NCBI GenBank assembly: GCA_905178155.1
Contig: CAJINV010000002.1
Coordinates: 9,616,650-9,680,649, forward strand
Reading direction: 5' to 3'
DNA from: Amoebophrya sp. A120
Taxonomy: Eukaryota > Protista > Dinoflagellata
DNA length: 64,000 nt
Shown: positions 55,801 to 64,000 of the stretch, in pieces
Layout: every line of letters starts with the position of its first letter
Position numbering within the stretch: position 1 is the stretch's first letter
Position numbers and translations under genes: made by a program
Notes under the pieces: generated by a model
The model's input: only the letters and a program-made list of their open reading frames with translations
Told to the model about the DNA's origin: nothing
Database searches by the model: none

Positions 55801-58800
55801 CGAAGTTTTGCTGGACGCCATCGAAACCTCGGAGGACGCCTACCCTAGTACATTGGCGAAGCTGAGTACAACTACAGAAGGATTCGATAGCGAAGGTAGC
55901 CAGTTATTCAGGTCGGAGGTTTTTAAAAGCGGGGAAGATCATGAAGCAGTTACCCGCCCGCAACAGGCGCTCAACACCGCGGTGGACAACCAGGACTACA
56001 GCGGGGACCTCCCTGCCATTGCACCAAAGACCGTCCTTCCGGAGCCAGAGGAAATTTTCTATTCCGCCAGCTCACAGCTCCCATTCGAGTCCGTCAAAAG
56101 TAGTGCTTCTAATCCGATTACAACACCTTTCTCGACTAGAGGAGGAATTGGGGCCACCACAGGCTCGGACATTAGTGAGAACGACTACCAGCAGCTTATT
56201 GAGTCGTCAGAGTCGCTGGCGAGTGGGCGCAAGGACCAAGGAAGTGCTGTTGCTACTGTTCCGCCGGTGCAATTAGGGGGTCCACAACATCTCGGCTCGC
56301 AGCAAGAGCAGGACGTGCCCCCGCAGATGACACAGTTTTTGGGGAACGTCGTGCGCAAACTGCTCCAGGACGTGAAGCAAGCTGTAAAGAGCGAGCGCAA
56401 CTGGCAGAGCTTTGATCTGACGCATGCCGCGACGCGGCCGGCGCGCCTGAAGCAACTCTACGCAGTGTTCAGCTTGCTTCCCCGAGGGAAGTATGATTTG
56501 CGCTTGCATTTTGACTCCTTCGATAAGGAGCCTAGTAGTGAAGAAACAAGTAATGGTTTATTCGGGGCACCACAAGTGGGCACCGAAGGTGAGGGTCGCC
56601 GTGAAGGAGTGTTGTCCCTGCAACGTGGACGAGGGGACGATCATGCGGCTCCCAGTGGCACGACATCAGCGGTGACCACTTCAAGTGCGTCGAATGGTGC
56701 CCTCGACGTGCCGTCAACTACTGCGGAAGAAGTTCATCAATCTTTTCGTGCCGCGAAGTACCTGGACGTGTCCTTCGAAAAGTCCGCCGCTGGGGCGCTC
56801 TCACCTTCCGGGCGGAACCAGCAGACCGCTGGGTCCACGTTCCTATGGATTGCAAAAATGTCTGGGTCTGGAAGATTGCAACTTGTCGTGCTGTCTTTGG
56901 AGTCTAAAAATATCTGTATTGCGTGACCAGCAACAGGAGTCCAGTTTGTGTTACGCGGAGAGGGAATTTCTCATGCGGAAGAGTCATCAGGAAGCACTCT
57001 AAAAATCCGTGATGCTAGATCATGCATTACATGCATCATGGATCATACAAAATATGCATCACAAACCCCGGAATCTTCCAGACCCAGACACTTTTGCAAT
57101 CCATAGTTCCAGCTGTTGCACCATCCCGCGATCGAAGACGACCGCAAGCACCCTATCCTATTTAAAAACGTCAGCACCCCATAGTTGTAATGCAAATCTA
57201 CATGCTGAAAATGTTTTTCATGCGGAGCCCCATGAGAAGCAGTTTCTAGTCGTGTTTTGCAATTTGTCATGCTCCAATCAGCATAGTATGCTAGGTCTGC
57301 GATGCTGCTGAGCTAGCTCAAACAGCACTACACTACGAGTCCAAATTTGTGATGCAAAACAGCCAAAACTTGGGGATTTGTCTAGCCGATTCCCCATCTT
57401 GACTATGGTGTGGGGACATTTTTACTCAGGATACACCCGGGGTCGCTCCTGCTGGGCTTCAGCTTTGCAAAATTTCTCAAGATCAACCGGGAGTTGTCGC
57501 ACATGCGCTTCGTTCGACCGGGCTCCGAGGGCGCGGGCCTGTGGAAAATCATTCAGGCAGAGTTTTTTGGAGCTGCGCGCGGCGGCGACCAACTCCTAAA
57601 CGGTGGAGCGAACAATCAGGTGAACAGAGCAGGGGCAGCATCGTCGATTACGGCTACGAATTCGAATTATTTATCTAGCGGGACCACGAGCGCAACAAGA
57701 GACGGCGACTCTGGTGCGCTGAGCAGTTCTGCATTCGGATTAGCAGGGGCAAGCCACCTGAGCAAGATCATGCAGCCGACCTCGCAGCACCCCTTCCAGC
57801 ACGCCAGCCGGGGATCGTTGTTTGCGAACCCGTGGCACGACGACGACGAGGAAGTAGACCATTACGGTGCCTCCACCGGCGCACCGGCTTTCGAGCAGCA
57901 CGACGAGGACCAGAGCTACTTCCATCGCTCGGGACCTTCTTCTACTCCCTCGCCTGCCAGCAGCGCAACGACCCCCTTGGTCAGCAAGGTGGAGATCTTG
58001 CGGAAGCACCACGAGAGAGCGACGTCGAACAACATCAAACATTTCGATAACTTTGAGATATTTGTGATGGCGGACAACGGATCCAACGGCTCCGTGGACA
58101 CCTACCTCGGGACACAAATTCTGGAGACGTACATCCAGAGGAACATTCCGCTCTACGAGCGCCTGCACAAGCTCCCGGCCCTACAGTTTCCGGAGGTTTT
58201 GCCCCCCGACGGTGCTTGCTTCGGCATCGTGCTGGCCTTCCTGCTCACGTCGATTCGCAACTACGCGTTCGGAGCGCAGCAGCCGTCACCGCAGCTCGCG
58301 GGCACGAACGACATAGAAGGAAAAAGTACTCAAACTACCAAGAAGCTATCAACTTCGTCGTCGCTGTTCTCGCCGGAGGCTTTGAACCGGTTTCAGTCGC
58401 CGAATATGCTGCACCGAACGCTGCAGGCGGTGTTCGAGTCCGTGATTTACTTCGACCGTGCGCGCGAAAAGAAGATCGGAAGCCATTACGGGCGCATCAT
58501 CAACGGGCTCAGTTCGTTGTTCGGGTTCGAGATTGGCGCCCCGAAGACCTATTTTCTGGCGGAAGACCCCGAACTGCTACAGCCGCAAGTAGGTGGGAGC
58601 ACAAGCAGCGAGGATGCGAGCGAGCGGAGGACCCCCGAGAGGACAAAAAGAACCTCGATTTTGCAGCAGGTGTTCACCGATGACATCCAAGATGGTCTCT
58701 ACGTGTTTACCATCGGCAAGGACGGGGACCAGCACGCCACCGCGATTGCGAAGGTGGACAATCAGATTTTGTGGCTGGAACCGAACCAGGGGCTCATCTT

Positions 58801-58972
58801 CTTCGAAACCTCGGCCGCTGACAAGCTGAAGCCCTACATCCAGGTCTACGAGAACCTCGCGTCCAAGGACGGCTTCCAGCGCCACAGGGGAAAATTGTAC
58901 CCGGTGCGGGGCATCGCGGAGCCCGACCTGAACCTGCTGCAGCTCGCTGAGCGGGCTAATGAACGGCCGTGA
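49891..58972 (+). CDS. Giant single-pass membrane protein with long low-complexity stalk and C-terminal YopT/C58-like cysteine-protease domain; link between ~51000 and ~51700 uncertain
   Basis: ORFs 51715, 52034 (TM CLLMLLLLSVILCLLCIAVY), 53531 and 57410 join in frame through introners at 51916, 53125, 56844, 57154 and one GT-AG intron ending at 53616. Confidence 0.65.
51916..52073. mobile_element. Introner
   Basis: TATCACACAGCAAAAAGTGATGC / GCATCTTTTTTTTCTGTGTGATG; joins SAKR|RTKVSE. Confidence 0.8.
53125..53273. mobile_element. Decayed introner
   Basis: TATCTAATGAAAAATTAATACC / GGTACTAGTTTTCGTACGATG; TSD CTGTC/CAGTC. Confidence 0.7.
56844..57105. mobile_element. Family A variant introner
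   Basis: TATGGATTGCAAAAATGTCTGGGTCTGGAAGATT / AATCTTCCAGACCCAGACACTTTTGCAATCCATA; perfect TSD GTTCC. Confidence 0.93.
57154..57433. mobile_element. Family B introner, reverse orientation
   Basis: Perfect TSD CACCC; closely matches the reverse complement of the 62961 and 18627 copies. Confidence 0.93.
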
Positions 58973-59510
58973 CATGGTCTACTTGGGGGCCGGAGCAGAG
59001 TCAGGATATCTGGCAGTCCTGGAGGCTGATGCAGTACCTAAATTAAACAAGACAGCATATTGAGGATGATGCAATATTAGAGTACAATCAGTTGTCGCCC
59101 CTTGGCTAGGAACAATTGTCGATGACAATAAAACTGTAGTAATCTTCCGCCACCTGTAGGATTATATGCAAGCACGACTCGGCCACCTGTATTTCTCTTT
59201 CGTACTATTCACTATGATGTTTCCTCATTCGTTTCGATTCTTGGCACGTAAATGAATCTTGTCTCGCCATATTTGATGGGCAAGAGTAGCACTTGATAGC
59301 GTGTGCTTTATGAATGTAGTTTTGTCTGCTAAACGAAAAATGAAAGATTAGTTCTCCTTCAATCAAAATAGATGCCGCTCCGTGTATGTGATGGAAAGTC
59401 ATAGTTAGTAGTCGCAGAAACTATGATTTGCGAGACGAACCGTCCTAATTGTCCTGACTATCTTCGGCGCGGAGGCGCAAGTCGCGTAACTTCTTGAAGT
59501 AAACACTTTT

Positions 59511-60059
59511 CCCCGTCATCTCAATTCCCCCTTAACTTGCCGCCTTACTCTTCACGGACATGGGGGATGACATCAGCGCGTAGAACGGTTTGAACCAGAC
59601 TCGGGCTACAAGGCCACAGGTAAACTATCCCAGTGTCTTCCGGCCGGCCTTGACGCAATCTGACTACTAAAAACCTCGCGGTAGCTGGGGGGCGTTCTAG
59701 TCTTCGGTCTAGTTCGTCGCCCTCTACCAGGCCTGTACTACCTGAAAGCAGAACTTCGGCTAGGGCAACAAGATCACATCAAGCAGCATCCGCGAGCAGC
59801 ATCCGAACCGAGAGTAGTCAGCCGGGCCATTTCTGAAGGCGCTGCGAGGTGGGCGGAGAGGCATCACGCTAGCAGTTGGACGGGAGCAAGGCCAGCGTTC
59901 TTCTGTGTGATGTTCGTCGTTTTGCGTGCGGGTTTGGCCCTCTTCTACCCCCCGAAAAAAGGGGAGTCTCCAGACCCTTATGGTCGTCCCTGCCGCCGGT
60001 GGTAGCGTGCGCGTCGCCACTCTGATCTGATCTGACTATGTAGGTTATCTCTCTCTCTC
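59511..60059 (+). mobile_element. ~550-bp intergenic non-LTR retroposon/SINE-like insertion
   Basis: 19-bp direct repeat TCTTGAAGTAAACACTTTT at 59492-59510 and 60060-60078; (TC)n tail at the 3' junction. Confidence 0.8.
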
Positions 60060-60636
60060 TCTTGAAGTAAACACTTTTGCCAATAGAATGTAAATTTACG
60101 ACCTTGCTTTCAGCATTCGTGTTTTATGTTTCGTTCTGCCCGCACTTTCTTTTTGCATTTGGAAATTTTCATTGTTGTCTGCAAAACGCACAGATGATTC
60201 TGCACTGTCTGCAAAACACAAAGGAGTGAATATCTTGGCGATGATGTTGCTACGGAAACGGATGCAAATTTTGCATTCCTTTGCACTGAGCATTGGGCTC
60301 TTCCTTCTAGTCGTGCAAAGCCTTTGCGTATGATATCAGTCGTTTCTTGCCTTCTGTGCGATTTTTTCAAAAGAGGCGACAGCATTCCATTCATGTTTTT
60401 CGCCAGTCGTTTTGATTTCATTTTGCTTTGCTCTCGTGCGGTCGCCTTTTGGTGCATATTAACACGCAAGAGAGATGAATTTTAAAAGTTAAGACGCCGA
60501 CGACATTTTATCACCTTCTGTTCTTTGTTTTTGTTTTTCTGAAATTTTTTTGGGAACCAGCAGACAGTTTGTGAGTTCGGTCTTCCGGTTCCAAGTACTA
60601 GTACTCATGTAAGAAACAAGCCACACCGCCGGCACC

Positions 60637-63626
60637 ATGGGGCAGTGTTGCGTAAGCGGTGGGCAGAGCCATGCTGCAAGTGAGCTGGAGTACGACCCCC
60701 GGCACACACAAATACGCCCGATCGACAACACAATCGAGGAAGAGGCGGCGGTGGTGAAAACGATTTCCTCAACCGAGGAGGCGGAGAAAATTTTTGCTGC
60801 GCAGAGCAAGGGCAAAAGGGGAGGGGTAAAATAAGACTCGTGTTGAAAAAAGCCCGTGAAGCAGATAAGCATTTAGAGTTGAAGTTCGCGGCTCTATTTT
60901 TAGTGTCTCGCCATCATCCTTTTCCTTTGCTTTATTTTCAACAGTTGCGTCACCGCTTCATCTGTAAATTTGTAGCGATGCTCGAAGGCGGAATAAGTAG
61001 CACTACCCTGCTGGTATAAACAATTAATACAATTGCAGGTTTCCGCGACGCCTCTGACAGAACAGCAAATCAAGAATTTCAAACCGCCCGTTTACCCAAA
61101 AACTGCGGAGGAGAAGCAGCTGTTGACAAAAATCGTCCGTGAGAACCAGAAGCTGCAGGTGCATTTCGGCCACCTGGAGGCGGGAAGCTTAGAGGCCGCC
61201 GTGGATGCGATGCGGAAAGTAGAGGTGGAGAGCGGCGAGACCATTATCACCCAGGGCGAACTCGGCGACGCCTTTTACATCGTGGAGACCGGGGCGTTCA
61301 GCATTTACGTCTCCCGAAACAACAATTTTCTGGACGCTGGTCCTCCGCCGGTTCTACTTTTAGGTGGCGATACTACGAAAAGCAGTCACGACAAAAGCAG
61401 CACAACGGGTGGAGGGACCTCGACCATCTCGACCTCCGCCACGAAAGTTGCCGAGGTCGGGCCGGGCTCCTGCTTTGGCGAATTGGCTCTGATGTACGAC
61501 GCACCGCGGGCCGCGACAGTGGTATGCACGACGGCAACTTCGAGTGCGCTCGGTGGAGCAGAGCAACCTAGTACAATTGCAGCGGATTCTACATCTCCAG
61601 AACTGTTTGAAAAAAATCGAGAGAACAAAACTGGCGGAATCCTGTGGGCACTCGACAGAGATCCATTTCGGATGCTCCTGGTGTCGGCCCAATCCGTATC
61701 AAAGTGAAAAAAGCCCGCACCCCACATCGGAAACGGAAGATGCGCGAATTTGTGATGCTGTATTTGAGTACACAAATCAACGTGTATTGCTAGAAGGCCA
61801 AGAGACGAAGCTGCGGCCTAAATTGCAGGCAATCTGTCATGCTGTTTCCCACTTCCAGTTGCCTCCTGTCATCCTAGAGCTGCAAGGCTTTCCCACGCTA
61901 GACAGCACTACAGTCCTCATCTTTTGCCTTCTAGCATCACAAAGCTGATTTGTGGCCACAAATCTGCATCACAGATTTCCGTTTTGATATGGGGAGGGGG
62001 CATTTTTGATTGTAATAATCCGCCAAAGTGCACCTTTACGAGGGCTTCCTGTCCGATGTCGTTCTCTTCAAGGACTTGAACAGGTATTTACAGATGTAAA
62101 ATCAATGTTTCGTTTTGAATTATATGAGCAGTTTCTTCAAGAAAAATAAGAATAACATGCAAACTGCCCATGCTATGGATGTTGAACCATGGTGAATCTG
62201 CTTTATGAGGTACGAGTTGGGCATGCTCTCAGACCTACTGGTCACCGAGGTGTTCGAGACCAGCGAGACCATCGTGCGGCAGGGCGAGCACGGGGACACG
62301 ATGTACATTTTGGAACACGGGGAGTGCAAGGCCTACCTGGAGGGGGACCAGGGTGAGGTGGAGGTGAAGCACTATACCACGCAAGGCGAGTACTTCGGCG
62401 AGATCTCACTGATTAAAGAGTGTCCGCGCCGGGCCACCGTGCGGGCCAGCGGCAGCGGTTGTAGTGTGCTGGTGCTCAAGAATATCCAAGAAAAAAAAGA
62501 TTGTAGGTGTAAATTTCTTGGAGGAATAGCATGACAGAGATAGCAAAAACCTGTCATGCTGAGATTGTAAGTACGTGAACACGCCGACGCCCTTGAATGG
62601 ACCCTACAGTGTAGGCATAGCATGACAGGCGCAATCGATTTGCATTTTGCGCATCACAAGTTTACACTAACAATGTTTTTTTCTTTGATAAAGAAGGCGG
62701 ATTTCGACCGCGTCATCGGGCCGATCGTGGACACTTTAACAGGTTGAAAAATGTAGTTGCCCCGCTCTCATGATACGCAGAAGATGAATAAGGATTTGTA
62801 CAAGGGAACTACCTGAATAATTTTTGCTACTTCTAAGTACTTCCATTGGAGAAGACGCAAAGGTTCTTTCTTGCATTGATGGCCTTTTTTGCATCACAAT
62901 TTTTTTTCTTTTCTGGGAGCGGGGCACTTGTTTTCCGGTTGATGCACTTTGCTCGGCCTTTATCCTGAGTAAAAACGTACCCACACCAGAGTCAAGATGG
63001 GGAATCGGCTAGACAAATCCACAAGTTTTGGCTGTTTTGCATGACAAATTTGGACTCGTAGCGTAGTGCTGTTTGAGCTAGCTCAGCAGCATCACAGATC
63101 TAGCATACCATGCTGATTGGAGCTTGACAAATTGCAAAACATGACTAGAAAATGCTTCTCATGGAGCTCCGCATGAGAAACATTTTCAGCATGCAGATTT
63201 GCATTACAACTCTGGTGTGGGTACGTTTTTACTCAGGATAGCCTTCTGGACGCGTACCCACAGTACCGGGCGTTCTTTCCGTATCAAAAGGAAAAACTCC
63301 CCCTCCCCATATCGAAAACGAAATTTGTGATGCTGGATTTGAGTAAACAAATCAGATCTGTCTTGCTGAAGAGGACTGCAGGCCCACATCAGGACTGAGT
63401 CGAGAGGTTTTGGCCTAGGCGCTTAGCATGAGAAACGTCTGCGCTGTAGGCCAAACAGCATCACAAACCGCCTTCATAATGCGGCGGAGCCTGTGGAGTT
63501 GCCTTCTTGCAGGACAGAGATGATTTGTGGTCGCAAATCAGCATTACAAATTTTCTGCTACGTACCTTTTCGATATGGGCAGGGGGGATTTTTCCGCACA
63601 ATATTCCGAGTAAGGAAAAGGCTTGA
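60637..63626 (+). CDS. PKAR: cAMP-dependent protein kinase regulatory subunit (two cNMP-binding domains)
   Basis: MGQCC acylation motif; KRGGVSA pseudosubstrate; PPVYPKTAEEK; IITQGELGDAFYIVETG; FGELALMYDAPRAATV; YFGEISLIKECPRRATV; DFDRVIGPIVDTLLGLLDAYPQY...EKA*; 5 introners and 2 GT-AG introns. Confidence 0.93.
61697..62017. mobile_element. Family C-like introner
   Basis: Perfect TSD ATCCG; restores SAQS|AKVHLYEGFL. Confidence 0.9.
62483..62690. mobile_element. Family D introner
   Basis: TATCCAAGAAAAAAAAGATTGTAGGTGTAAA / TTTACACTAACAATGTTTTTTTCTTTGATA; perfect TSD AAGAA. Confidence 0.92.
62737..62944. mobile_element. Decayed introner
   Basis: TAACAGGTTGAAAAA..GCCCGCTC / GAGCGGGGC..TTTTCCGGTTGATG; perfect TSD CACTT. 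Confidence 0.75.
62961..63240. mobile_element. Family B introner
   Basis: Perfect 32-bp TIR TATCCTGAGTAAAAACGTACCCACACCAGAGT; perfect TSD GCCTT. Confidence 0.95.
63282..63603. mobile_element. Family C introner, opposite orientation to the 39801 copy
   Basis: Perfect TSD TTCCG; its right end closely matches the reverse complement of the 39801 left end. Confidence 0.93.
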
Positions 63627-64000
63627 ATGGGCGTTCATTTCGAGCATGGAGAAAGAAGGCTTGAAAGAGGTCCTGGACCTGGTTGGTCGCGCAGACAATT
63701 ACCTCCCAGAGCGGCAACACCACCTGTGTTTGAGTTACGGACCGAAGTAGTCATGATAAATTTCTACGGAAAAGTATATAGAATTACCACCAATTCGCCG
63801 AAGCAGCAATGTGTGAATATCATCGTGAAGATCAAAATCATTTTTCGTTTTCGCTAGCTTGTACGATTCCCGACTGTAATATCTCAGAGCAAAAGAATCG
63901 TAGGAAATACGACTTTTGCTCGAAGTTGAAGTTGTATAGAGCACGGGCTTACATGTATACATACATTTCCATTGTCGCAGTTGAAATTCAAAGTGAACAG

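Overview
Eukaryotic genomic DNA, most consistent with a parasitic dinoflagellate relative (Syndiniales, Amoebophrya-like; inferred from intron architecture and gene style, not from a search). About ten genes, all on the + strand: a large Cys-rich single-pass surface protein, organellar TypA/BipA GTPase, a small ORF, TFIIS, proteasome ATPase Rpt2/PSMC1, a hypothetical protein, an intronless polytopic membrane protein, CCDC47, a giant membrane protein ending in a YopT/C58-like Cys-His-acid domain, and a PKA regulatory subunit. The genes are interrupted by at least 45 MITE-like 'introner' elements (TAT...ATA terminal inverted repeats, 5-bp target-site duplications). In coding exons, removing them with one fixed geometry (intron starts 1 nt before the left TIR, ends 4 nt after the right TIR) restores the frame, with no GT-AG requirement and in either element orientation. 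Two copies of one introner subfamily carry retroposon-like inserts at the same internal site (12-bp TSD, microsatellite tails), suggesting a retroelement that targets introners. Also present: a 2.2-kb repeat-rich insertion with a 14-bp TSD and a (TC)n-tailed retroposon with a 19-bp TSD. No transposase or reverse transcriptase is visible. Coordinates were read by eye and splice models lack RNA support.
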